The position numbers and the translations under genes were made by a program. Source: Planctomycetota bacterium (GTDB lineage Bacteria; Planctomycetota; UBA8108; SXIK01). From it: 64,000 bases of DNA. Where the stretch lies: contig OZ244999.1 of NCBI GenBank assembly GCA_965223265.1, positions 5,152,001-5,216,000 on the forward strand, written 5' to 3'. Positions 18,743-27,935 of this stretch are shown piece by piece. Position 1 is the first letter of the stretch. Each line of letters begins with the position of its first letter. Under the pieces are notes generated by a model that saw nothing but the letters and a program-made list of their open reading frames with translations, was not told the DNA's origin and did not search any database.

Positions 18743-19213
18743 TCAGCTGCCGTAGCCTGGCGGAGCGTATTTCAAATCCGATTCGGCGTTCGTGGAACTG
18801 GTGGTCGAATTCGCTTCCGCGGTCGACCCACCAACAGGATCTTCGCATGGTTGCGTCGCCAGGGCCCGCTCGCTTCGCTGCTGATCCGTAGCTTTCAAAT
18901 CCGGATAACAGCGCGACACAAAAGTGTTGCTCGACTTCATGAGGTACATTCCGAACAGAATCGGAATCAAGCCGTGAAAAACCAACGAAATCACAACAGA
19001 TCGCAGAAAAGGATTCCGTTCCGCTTCGACAAACGGCTGCAGTTCCCCTTGCTGCTGCAAGAGTGCCTGGAACGGGGACAACACACTCCGAACCAGCTGC
19101 TCATTCGAAGACCCGCCGAAGAAGTGATGGAGAGCGTTCAAGACCAAGATGAGCCCGCCACAGACGAACCCTAAGCCCACGACTTTACAGATGAGCTGAA
19201 AAATCTCGCGCAT
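18743..19213 (-). CDS. Hypothetical membrane protein (2 TM)
   Basis: ATG 19213 with GGAGG RBS and two hydrophobic segments. Confidence 0.65.
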   Translation of the reverse strand: MREIFQLICKVVGLGFVCGGLILVLNALHHFFGGSSNEQLVRSVLSPFQALLQQQGELQPFVEAERNPFLRSVVISLVFHGLIPILFGMYLMKSSNTFVSRCYPDLKATDQQRSERALATQPCEDPVGGSTAEANSTTSSTNAESDLKYAPPGYGS

Positions 19214-19467
19214 GGTGAACCTCCGTTGTGCCCATGCCGATGGTTCGCGCAGCCTTTGACCCCAACGCCGAGAGACTTGCCGCATGCCGGATTGTAACTA
19301 CGCGCATGCCCGCCAACCAAAACAAACGTGACAACCATCGCAGCGCCGCATAGTATGACAACCGTTACAGCTGTTGGCCTCGCGCTGCGACTCACACGAA
19401 CGCGAGCGGGAAGCCGATGGACACTGTTCAGACGCCCGACTCATATTTCAACTTTCCGTATCTTCAC

Positions 19468-20862
19468 ATGAAGTGCCGTCGGTCTCAAAGTGGTCGGCCT
19501 GAAAGTCCGCGCAACGAAGCGCTCCATCGCCGTTCGTTCCTCGGGCGCGCCCTCGTCGGCCTCGGAGGCATCAGTATAGCAAACGTTCTTCGGCTCCGTG
19601 CCGAAGCAACGACCGATGGCGCGCGCAGTACAGCACTCATTCTTCTTTGGCAGGACGGCGGTCCGAGCCACTTCGAAACGTTCGACCCGAAGCCCGACGC
19701 GCCGCGCGAGTACCGCGGTGAGCTCGGCACGACCGCGACGACCTTGAGCGGCGTGCACTACTGCGAGATTCTGCCGCGTTTAGCACGACTGGCGCATCGC
19801 ACTTGTGTCATACGCTCGCTGCACCAACCTTCGTCGCACCACGTCACCGGCACCCACAACTTCATCACCGGCTACAATGGCGTCGGTGTCGGTCGGGCGG
19901 AACACCCGGATCTCTGTGCGGTGGCCCACCGCGTCCGCAGTGAGCAAGGAACCGCGACGCTCCCAGACTACGTCGCGCTCGGGAGCGGCCTTCACCGCGG
20001 CGGTCCGTCTTACCTTGGCCCGGTGCATGCGCCGTTTCGAGTTGAAGGCGATCCGTCGCAGCCAGACTTTTACGTCGAGAGCTTCAAGCAAGGCAGCAGA
20101 GCGCACGCGTTCGGTTCGCGACTGAACGTTCTTGCGGCACTCGATGCATTCGGACAGCTCGATCTCGCCGCGCTCGATGCATCCGGACACATGGCCGCCG
20201 TCGATCGCTACCAGCGTCAGGCGATCGAACTTCTCAGCGGCAGCGGCCGTGTCGCACGTGCGTTCGATCTGTCGCGCGAAAAACTGACGATGCGCGAGCG
20301 CTATGGATTCCATACAGCAGGCCAGCAAGCTCTCCTCGCACGCCGTCTCGTCGAAGCCGGTGTTGGCGTCGTGGCCGTGCGTTTTTCTCCTGACGGACGT
20401 GGCGATCGCGATCGCAGCTTCATCGGCTGGGACGATCATGCTGTTCACGGCAATATCTTCGAAATCATGCGGCGCCGCGGGCCGCAATTCGACCAGGCGG
20501 TCAGCACGCTGATCGAGGACTTAGGAGAACGCGGCCTCGACCAGGACGTACTTCTCGTCGTTGCCGGAGAGTTCGGTCGCACGCCGCGCGTCTCGAATTT
20601 CAAAGGCTGCCCCGGCCGCGAACACTGGGGTCCGGCTGGCTGCGCGCTCCTCTATGGCGGCGGCCTACGCATGGGACAAGTGATCGGCGCCACGAACGCA
20701 AACGGTGAAGTGCCAAGTGAACGCCCGCTCAGGACGCAAGATGTGCTGGCGACGATCTACCATGTACTCGGCATTGACACCAAACATGAATTCCACAACG
20801 CCGCGGGACGTCCAATCCCGCTCCTGCCCTACGGCGAGCCGATCAAGGAGCTGATCGCCTGA
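19468..20862 (+). CDS. DUF1501 domain protein
   Basis: HRRSFL Tat motif, LLWQDGGPSHFETFDPKP, LLARRLVEAGV, WDDH, AGEFGRTP, GREHW. Confidence 0.93.
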   Translation: MKCRRSQSGRPESPRNEALHRRSFLGRALVGLGGISIANVLRLRAEATTDGARSTALILLWQDGGPSHFETFDPKPDAPREYRGELGTTATTLSGVHYCEILPRLARLAHRTCVIRSLHQPSSHHVTGTHNFITGYNGVGVGRAEHPDLCAVAHRVRSEQGTATLPDYVALGSGLHRGGPSYLGPVHAPFRVEGDPSQPDFYVESFKQGSRAHAFGSRLNVLAALDAFGQLDLAALDASGHMAAVDRYQRQAIELLSGSGRVARAFDLSREKLTMRERYGFHTAGQQALLARRLVEAGVGVVAVRFSPDGRGDRDRSFIGWDDHAVHGNIFEIMRRRGPQFDQAVSTLIEDLGERGLDQDVLLVVAGEFGRTPRVSNFKGCPGREHWGPAGCALLYGGGLRMGQVIGATNANGEVPSERPLRTQDVLATIYHVLGIDTKHEFHNAAGRPIPLLPYGEPIKELIA

Positions 20863-20895
20863 CTCCCCCGAAGCGCGGAGGTCCGTCAACTCGCG

Positions 20896-22479
20896 TCACG
20901 GCCCTGCGATCGTCACCCGCGGTAGCGCTGCCCGCAGCTCGTTCACCACCTCTGGGCTGAGCTTGAGGTCCGTCAGGTAAAGCTCTCTGAGATCGATCAT
21001 GCCTTTGATCGGTTCGACACCAGCGTCGGTCACTTGCGTGCCGTAAAGGTTGAGCGCGCGCAGATTCTTAAGTCCGCGCAAGTGCTGCATGCCCGCGTCG
21101 GTGATGGCGCAGCGACTGATGTAAAGGCCCTCGAGCTGAACCAGTCGCCGGACGTGCGTCAAACCGGCGTCTGTGATCTCCGTATCCGTCAGCGTGAGAT
21201 CCTTGAGGGCGGGCAGCTGCGCGAGCACACGAAGATCGTCGTCGCGCGCCGTAGTGCCACCGAGATTGAGTGCGGTGACGCGGCCGCTCCCATCAACCGT
21301 CGCCAGACCGAGCGCGCGAAAAGCCACAGCTGGAGAACGTTTCTGCTCGTCGACGAAGAGGCGCAGAACTCCGCCGACACTGACCGCGGTGCCGCGAACC
21401 GTCAAGTGTTCGAGCTGCGTGAGAGTCGTCAGCTGCGCCAGGCCAGTGTCCGTGACCGCGGTGTTCGTTAGGTTGAGTTCCACGAGCTTCTTGAGAGGCG
21501 TCAGATGCCGAAGTCCGGCGTCGGTGACCCGCGTACCCGCCAGGTCAAGGCGCCTCAGGCCGCCGAGCGTGCCAAGGGACTTGAGTCCGGAGTCCGCGAC
21601 GCTCGTGTCATGAGCGCCGAGCTCCTCGAGATGGGCGAGTCCGTGAATCGCCTCAAGCGTGGCGTCCGTCGCGGCCGGAGGTAGCACCAACACGCGTAGC
21701 TGCTCCAATGCTGCAAGAACGCCAAGCGCGTCTGCGGCGACAGCGGTCGCATCCAGGTCGAGCTCTCGCAAGCCAGTGAGCCGCGCGACGTAGACCAGCT
21801 GTTGCGAAGTGATCGCGGTCTGGCCAAGGTCGAGCTCTTCTAAAACGCGCACTTCAGCAAGCGGCTCGAGACGGCGCACAGCCGTGCCGCGAAGTCGAAG
21901 CCTCTCGAGCGCAGGCAACTCAGTAGCAAAAGTCACGTCGGAGACGCTGGTCGAACTTAGATCCAGCTCGCGAAGACGCGCGTGACCGTGCAAGTGTGCG
22001 ACTCCTGACTCGGTCACCCGTCGACAAAAGGAGAGATCCAGCTCCTCAAGCTGCGCGAGCGCCGTGAGGGCCTCCAGATCGACATCCGTGACACGCGGCG
22101 GCAGGTGAAGGCGCCGCAGCCCTTTCATGCGGCCAACGTGCTCGAAGGCTGCGCTCGTCAGCGTTGTGAACGGTTTCAGATCGAGCTCCTCGAGTCTCGT
22201 CAATGCGGCAAGGTGCTGAAGTCCGGTGTCAGTCACCCGCGGCGGCAGACGCAGTGTCTGGACATGCTCGGCGGCGCGCAGGATCTCGAGTCCGGCATTG
22301 GAGGACGTGCATCGCGAGAGGTCCACCGCGACGACGCGCCCGTCATCGTCGTGCGTCAACGTCGCCCCGATGCTTTCTAACTCACGGACGATAGCTTCAT
22401 CCGCGCGAGTGCTTGTTCCGGCAAGCAGCGCGACGAGCGCGAGGGCAGACGCGACCCAATCAGTACGAATTCGCGGCAT
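20896..22479 (-). CDS. Secreted leucine-rich repeat protein
   Basis: Signal peptide and many LxxLxLxxTxVTDAGLxxL repeats. Confidence 0.92.
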   Translation of the reverse strand: MPRIRTDWVASALALVALLAGTSTRADEAIVRELESIGATLTHDDDGRVVAVDLSRCTSSNAGLEILRAAEHVQTLRLPPRVTDTGLQHLAALTRLEELDLKPFTTLTSAAFEHVGRMKGLRRLHLPPRVTDVDLEALTALAQLEELDLSFCRRVTESGVAHLHGHARLRELDLSSTSVSDVTFATELPALERLRLRGTAVRRLEPLAEVRVLEELDLGQTAITSQQLVYVARLTGLRELDLDATAVAADALGVLAALEQLRVLVLPPAATDATLEAIHGLAHLEELGAHDTSVADSGLKSLGTLGGLRRLDLAGTRVTDAGLRHLTPLKKLVELNLTNTAVTDTGLAQLTTLTQLEHLTVRGTAVSVGGVLRLFVDEQKRSPAVAFRALGLATVDGSGRVTALNLGGTTARDDDLRVLAQLPALKDLTLTDTEITDAGLTHVRRLVQLEGLYISRCAITDAGMQHLRGLKNLRALNLYGTQVTDAGVEPIKGMIDLRELYLTDLKLSPEVVNELRAALPRVTIAGP

Positions 22480-22655
22480 CCGGCGGCAATGTCTTCTTGT
22501 TTCAGCGGTGAATCTACGCGCGACCCTCGCCGCGCGGCAACTAGCGCGAGCGGTCTCGGCGCCATTGTAGCCTTCGGGGGCCTCACGAGAGAAGGAAACT
22601 CGCAAGCGCGGCAGATAGAATGATCCTGAGAATGCACCTGATGCGGAGACCCTAC

Positions 22656-23870
22656 ATGCAACGACTTGTTGTCTTTTACCTTTGCGTACCGCTCGCTGCG
22701 ATGTCCGCGATGGCGGCTGAAACTCTTCCCGACGAATGGATCGCTTACACCGAGTTTCAGACGAACCTGTCGGGTGGACGACACGCCAACGTCATCACCA
22801 AGCGCGCCGCGGTGATCCGCGCCGATGGCAGCGAGCGGCGCGTTCTCGCCGCGGAGCTCGTGAAGGAATCCAACACCTGGACACAGTTCGCCGGCTGGTC
22901 GCCTGACGGCACGATCGCCATCATTGGACGCGGCTGGGAAAGCCCGGAAAACGCCGCATGGGAGGAAGCGCACAAACGCTTTCGTTTCACAGCAGAAGGG
23001 TGGCTGTACGATCAGTTTCTCCTCGACATGAAAAGCGGCTCGTTGACGAACGTCACCGCCGTCGACCGCGTCAGCTACTACAACTCCGGCGTCTTCTTTT
23101 GGCCTGGCGACGAGACGAAGCTCGGCTTTCAAGCGCTCATCGACGGTGTCTCCCATCCTTTCTCTATGGATCGTGACGGACGCAACAAGACCGACCTCGC
23201 GACGAGCGCCGACGGCTTCACCTACGGCTTTCACTCGAGCCCGAACGGTAAGCTTGTCTCGTACCACAAGGCATATCAGATCTACATCGCCCAGGCCGAC
23301 GGCGCTCGCCCGCTCCACGTTGAGACAGGCGCGCCGTTCAACTTCGCCCCTGTCTGGTCGCCCGACGGCAGATGGCTTGCTTTCGTCTCTGGAGAGCACT
23401 ACAACTGCCACCCGCACATCGTGCGCGCGGACGGCAGCGGCCTGCGCAAGATCGGCGACCGCGCCGGTTTTCGCGGCGTCATCGAATTCCTCGATGTCTT
23501 CGACTTCCACGGCGGCTCGAGCGACACCGTGAAGTGGTCGCCCGACGGCTGGATCTACTACAGCAAGAAGATCGGCGACAGCATCGAGCTCATGCGTGTC
23601 AATCTCGACGACCGCGAGGAGCGCATGACGCGGTCGGCGCCTGGATCCGCCAACTACCATCCACAGCCGACAGCCAGCGGCCGCTGGGTCGTGTTCGGAT
23701 CGCGTCGCGCGGGCGTAAGGAACCTCTATGTGCTCGACGCCAAGAGCGGCCAAGAGCACCGCGTCACCGATCTGCGTCTGGGCCGAGGTGCCATGTGGGC
23801 GCACTGGCAACCGGGAGGCGGAGACAGAGACGGAAGCAGAGGCGGAGACAGAGACAGAGGCGGAGACTGA
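22656..23870 (+). CDS. TolB-like (PD40/WD40) beta-propeller, secreted
   Basis: Signal peptide and repeated WSPDG motifs. Ends ..HWQP followed by a repeat-derived tail GGGDRDGSRGGDRDRGGD. Confidence 0.88.
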   Translation: MQRLVVFYLCVPLAAMSAMAAETLPDEWIAYTEFQTNLSGGRHANVITKRAAVIRADGSERRVLAAELVKESNTWTQFAGWSPDGTIAIIGRGWESPENAAWEEAHKRFRFTAEGWLYDQFLLDMKSGSLTNVTAVDRVSYYNSGVFFWPGDETKLGFQALIDGVSHPFSMDRDGRNKTDLATSADGFTYGFHSSPNGKLVSYHKAYQIYIAQADGARPLHVETGAPFNFAPVWSPDGRWLAFVSGEHYNCHPHIVRADGSGLRKIGDRAGFRGVIEFLDVFDFHGGSSDTVKWSPDGWIYYSKKIGDSIELMRVNLDDREERMTRSAPGSANYHPQPTASGRWVVFGSRRAGVRNLYVLDAKSGQEHRVTDLRLGRGAMWAHWQPGGGDRDGSRGGDRDRGGD

Positions 23871-24155
23871 AGCAGAGACAGAGACAGAAGACGGAGGCAG
23901 AGGCAGAGGCGGAGACGCGCTCTCCCACTCCCACTCCCTCTCCCACTCCCTCTCCCACTCCCTCTCGCACTCCCTCTCGCACACGCACACGCACACGCAC
24001 ACGCACACGCACACGCACTCGCACACGCACTCGCACTCGCACTCGCACTCGCACTCGCACACGCACTCGCACTCGCACTCGCACTCGCACTCGCACTCGC
24101 ACTCGCACTCGCACTCGCACACGCACTCGCACTCGCCCACGCAAACGTAAACGTA
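23815..24155 (+). repeat. Bipartite hexamer array copy C (upstream flank of the four-helix-bundle gene)
   Basis: GAGACA/GAGGCR block at 23815-23916, then roughly 38 units grading CTCCCA/CTCCCT > CACGCA > CTCGCA > AACGTA at 23922-24155. Confidence 0.92.
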
Positions 24156-24238
24156 GACCGGTGCGAACGGAGAGAAGAGCTCTGCTGTTCAGGGCGTACG
24201 TGCGGCGGCGGTTTTGTCGATCGTTACCGGAGTCACAC

Positions 24239-24562
24239 ATGGGTTTTCTCGCTCTGGATCACACTTTTGGCATCGTTCGTCAGCTGCGTCCCCTCGTCTT
24301 GAGCATCCGTCGTCACGACTCGAGGCTTGCCTCTCAGCTGCGCGACGCTGGCTCCTCTGTGGCGCTTAATCTCGGCGAGGGGAATCGGCGTCAGGGTCGT
24401 GACCGCGGGCATCTTTGGCGTGTTGCTTCAGGCAGTGCCGAGGAGGTGCGCACGGCACTGCGCGTTGCCGAGGCGTGGGGCTACATCGATTCAGCGCAAG
24501 CTGCCGCAGTGCTGGCGGATATCGATGCGCTGCAGGCGATGCTCTGGAAACTGACGCGCTGA
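24239..24562 (+). CDS. Four helix bundle protein (23S rRNA IVS protein / Avd-like family), 107 aa
   Basis: GGAG RBS at 24229. LASQLRDAGSSVALNLGEG..R.G.DR.HLWRVASGSAEEV..AL.VAEAWGYI matches the family pattern QxxRAxxSxxxNIAEG...F.IA.GS..E. Confidence 0.88.
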   Translation: MGFLALDHTFGIVRQLRPLVLSIRRHDSRLASQLRDAGSSVALNLGEGNRRQGRDRGHLWRVASGSAEEVRTALRVAEAWGYIDSAQAAAVLADIDALQAMLWKLTR

Positions 24563-24621
24563 CGCGGGAGTCTCGGCCCGCCGTGCTACTTGGCGCGGCG
24601 GGTCTGACGAGAAGGTGGGTG

Positions 24622-24714
24622 GAGGCGGTTACAAATCCAGATACGGAGGCAGAGGCGGACTCAGACAACATCCACGCACTCCCACTCGCCCACGCACTCG
24701 CTCAAGCTCACGGA
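24622..24714 (+). repeat. Bipartite hexamer array copy D (downstream flank of the four-helix-bundle gene)
   Basis: GAGGCG..GATACG GAGGCA GAGGCG GACTCA, then CACGCA CTCCCA CTCGCC CACGCA CTCGCT CAAGCT. Confidence 0.8.
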
Positions 24715-24789
24715 CGCCCACAACGACCGGCGAGACCCGCTGACGAAGCTCTCAGAGCGTGAGCATCGCCGCCGCGCTTGAATCGGTCA

Positions 24790-27705
24790 TCACGCGTCAC
24801 ACGGTGCAGCATCGGCACAACCGGCGATCACTCGGCAGTCGACGCCCGCGACGTGCGGAGCGCCGCCCAGGAAGAAGTAATTCACCATGGCGATGGCATC
24901 CGCAACGTCGATCGACGCGGCTTCGTCATCGTTGAAATCCAGCAGCTCGATATTCGCTGGGTGCACATGGCTGCCATCGCCGCAGGCAAACTCTCCCGGA
25001 GGCAAATCGCCGACGGGCTGTCCGGTGAACAAGATCTGCAGGATGCAAATCGCGTCGGCGACGTCCAGCGTTGCGTCCTGATTGCAATCGCCCGGGATCT
25101 GCGCGCCGCCACGCACGATGGCCGCAGCGGCTGATGGCTCGCTCTCCAGGCCGCTGAAGTCGACCGCCGCCGTCGTGTAGCGATAGGAAACGCCCGGGAT
25201 TGTGGCTGGATCGACGTAGAAACCGTCCGAAAGCGGCACGGGGTTGAGCTTGAGGAAACTCGCTTCACCTTCCTCGGTGCGGTAAACGTTGTAGCCTGCC
25301 AGATCGCATTCGTTGCCGGGTGTCCACTCGATGCGAATCGTAGATGCTACGGCTTGCGCGTCGACCGCTGTCGGCGGCATCGGCGCTCCCATAGAAACAC
25401 ACACCGGGGTACTGAACGGGCTCTCCTGGTCGAATCGATCGACCGCAGCAATGCGGTAGTACAGGTTTTCGCCGATCAGGACCCTCTCGTCGAGGAACAT
25501 GTTCGCTACGACCAGGGCGGGTGGCAACGCGTTCAGTTCGAGATCGAAACTGACGTCAGAGCTCGTACGATTCGTCTGGTGCACTTCGACGGCCAGCACG
25601 TTGACTCCGTCGACCAGCGCGTCCGCTCCGACTTCGAAAGCGAAGAACGTGTCCTCATCGTCGCCGCCGACCGTCTCGCTCGCGAACGTCGAGAACAGGA
25701 TCTCTCCGGAGGGCATGTTGTAGCGGAGGATTTCTTCGCCGTTGAGGAAAACCACGGCGCCATCGTCCACCAACAGTTGAATCCCCAGACGCTCGAACTC
25801 GCTACGATCCTCGACTTCAAAGTCACGGCGAAAGTAGTACGTCGGATGCTTGTTGTCCCCGTCGCTGCCGAACGACAACCGACTTGTCTCATCGCCATCT
25901 CCGTAACCGAGCTGCGCCGCCCCCACCTTCCAAGTCGCATCATCAAACTCCGGCTGTCGCCACGCAACGCCCAGGTCGATGCCGGAGTCGTCGAAGCTCC
26001 ATAGTGCACCGGACGCGATCAGAAGCTCCGGCGTGTTGTCGATGCGGCTGTACGGCCCGGCCTCTTGACTGGCACGATAAACGACGAAACCGGCGTGATC
26101 GGAAAACGCCGACTCGTCCCAATCGAGGCGCAGCGCGGCGGTACTTTCGGTCGCCGCAAGTCCGGTCGGTCGCGGCGGAGGGTCGCCCGCTGTCCTGAAT
26201 GTGCTCGTCTCGGTCGTCCCAGCGAAGCCGGCAAGGTCGCGACTCGAGACGACAAAGTCGTAGACGGCACCGCGCGTCAGACCGGTGAGGACGACTTCGT
26301 GGTCGTTGACCAATCGAGTGTCGGCGACAAACGCACTCGTCGCAGTGCCCATGCCGAAATCAACGCGCGTCTCGGCGGGCTCGCGGGTCCTCCACGACAG
26401 CGTCGTGCTCCTGCCATCCACTTTGACGCGCAGATTCTGAATGATCGGCGCGACGCCATCCAGAAGATAGTCCTCCATGATGAAGAACGTGCTGGTGTTG
26501 TCGAGCACAGCGCCATCGACACTCTCCGGCCAAGTGACGTAAAGCGGAACGTTGACATCCGTGTGCTGTCGCGTTCCATAGTTCAGCGTGGGAAAGTCTC
26601 CGGGAGAAATCACCTGGCCATCGTCGACTTGCAAGTCGCCTGTTTCATGGTCTGACGTGACGATCACGAGCGTGTTTTCGGATGCATCGTGAGCATCCAG
26701 CCAATCGAGAGCCGCCGCCACAGCACGATCAAAGCTCGCCACCTGCGGTGCGATTTGCAACTCACGGCGTGCAAAACTCCCATGGCTGATCTCGTCGATA
26801 TGTTCGTCCTCGACGACCAAAAAGAAACCTGTCGATTCCGAGGAAAGAAGCTCCAGCGCGCTGACGACGAGTTCAGCCAGTTCCGGCTCGTCATGTTCAG
26901 GAAATCGGTCACGGTCGCGATCATAGGTCGAGATCAGCATCCCGTTCGTCGTCGAACGGTCAAAGACACCCAAAACCATGGGTGGCAGAGCAAGTGGCGA
27001 CGCCGTCAGTGAAAGGAGGTCCGTTCGCGTCGACACGAACTGATAGCCGACCGTCGCGGCGGCGGCAATGTAGTCGTCATCAACGAATCCAGGTCCGAGT
27101 CCACCGCCGAAGATAAGGTTTGGCAGCGTCGCAGAGTGATCGTTGTCAGGGCGAGACTCATCGTCGTCGAATAGATAGTCGAGACGAATGTCGAACCGAT
27201 CCGACCGGCGGTCGTCGTGCGCAGCGAAACTCGCCACGGTCGCGTCGAACACGTCACTCGTTGTGACAATACCTGTATTCCAGCCATGGTCGCGTGCGAG
27301 CTCAAGAATCGTCGTCTTGATCTCGCCGTCGGCCTCGCTGATGATGCCGTTCGAGTCGTGTTGATATCCGGTCGCGAGCGCCGTGCCCGCAGTCGCTGAG
27401 TCTGTCGTACCACCATCGGCGCGCGCCGTGATCGACTCGCCCTGAAACGGAAAACGAGCACGATCCTCGAAGCTCAGCGGGACCGCATCGCTACCGTTCG
27501 CAAATAAACGGCCGGCTTGCACGTGCTCGAACCCCATGCCGTCGCCGATGAAAAGGATGATGTTGCGACGCGGACTGGACAACGTCTCCTGCTCAACAGT
27601 ACCGTCGTTCGGGCTCAGTGAGGCAACCTGGGCATGCGCACCCTCAGCACTCATGACTTGAACGAAGCAGGCGACGATCAGGGACCACGAAAGAATAGGA
27701 CGCAC
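24790..27705 (-). CDS. Secreted multidomain alkaline phosphatase (PhoA-type + FN3 + jelly-roll + dockerin-like)
   Basis: NIILFIGDGMG, TDSATAGTALATG (catalytic Ser), E..HIDEISH, TSDHETG, QHT. FN3-like modules and C-terminal GDCNQD..D.ADAI..L..LF. Start uncertain; GTG 27705 has a GGAGAG RBS. Confidence 0.88.
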   Translation of the reverse strand: MRPILSWSLIVACFVQVMSAEGAHAQVASLSPNDGTVEQETLSSPRRNIILFIGDGMGFEHVQAGRLFANGSDAVPLSFEDRARFPFQGESITARADGGTTDSATAGTALATGYQHDSNGIISEADGEIKTTILELARDHGWNTGIVTTSDVFDATVASFAAHDDRRSDRFDIRLDYLFDDDESRPDNDHSATLPNLIFGGGLGPGFVDDDYIAAAATVGYQFVSTRTDLLSLTASPLALPPMVLGVFDRSTTNGMLISTYDRDRDRFPEHDEPELAELVVSALELLSSESTGFFLVVEDEHIDEISHGSFARRELQIAPQVASFDRAVAAALDWLDAHDASENTLVIVTSDHETGDLQVDDGQVISPGDFPTLNYGTRQHTDVNVPLYVTWPESVDGAVLDNTSTFFIMEDYLLDGVAPIIQNLRVKVDGRSTTLSWRTREPAETRVDFGMGTATSAFVADTRLVNDHEVVLTGLTRGAVYDFVVSSRDLAGFAGTTETSTFRTAGDPPPRPTGLAATESTAALRLDWDESAFSDHAGFVVYRASQEAGPYSRIDNTPELLIASGALWSFDDSGIDLGVAWRQPEFDDATWKVGAAQLGYGDGDETSRLSFGSDGDNKHPTYYFRRDFEVEDRSEFERLGIQLLVDDGAVVFLNGEEILRYNMPSGEILFSTFASETVGGDDEDTFFAFEVGADALVDGVNVLAVEVHQTNRTSSDVSFDLELNALPPALVVANMFLDERVLIGENLYYRIAAVDRFDQESPFSTPVCVSMGAPMPPTAVDAQAVASTIRIEWTPGNECDLAGYNVYRTEEGEASFLKLNPVPLSDGFYVDPATIPGVSYRYTTAAVDFSGLESEPSAAAAIVRGGAQIPGDCNQDATLDVADAICILQILFTGQPVGDLPPGEFACGDGSHVHPANIELLDFNDDEAASIDVADAIAMVNYFFLGGAPHVAGVDCRVIAGCADAAPCDA

Positions 27706-27935
27706 GACGACTCTCCACGGTTTTTCGATTAAGGCCGGAGGCTCTACAATAGCGGCTAAGCGCCGGAGCACAATGCGCGGTGCCGGCTGCTGAAACGACT
27801 TCGTGAAAAGGTAGGGCTCCTCCAGACGGTGACACATCGGCCGCGAGATTGTCGGCGTGTGACACAACACGGAAGCCGCTCTGAGGTTCAAGACCATCGC
27901 CACTCACGCAGCGCCGACACGAGAAAGGAACTCTC

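Noticed and set aside
22377-24562. Long ORFs 22377-24140(-), 23372-24562(+), 23728-24150(+) and 23764-24240(-) with (CE)n, (RT)n, (SH)n, (RV)n tracts
   Set aside because: Hexamer arrays lack stops in most frames, so these are shadows of the repeat and of the TolB-like gene. Only the 107-aa part from ATG 24239 has an RBS and a family signature.
23815-24714. Diversity-generating retroelement suggested by the Avd-like protein
   Set aside because: No reverse transcriptase and no TR/VR pair differing at adenines was seen in the window.
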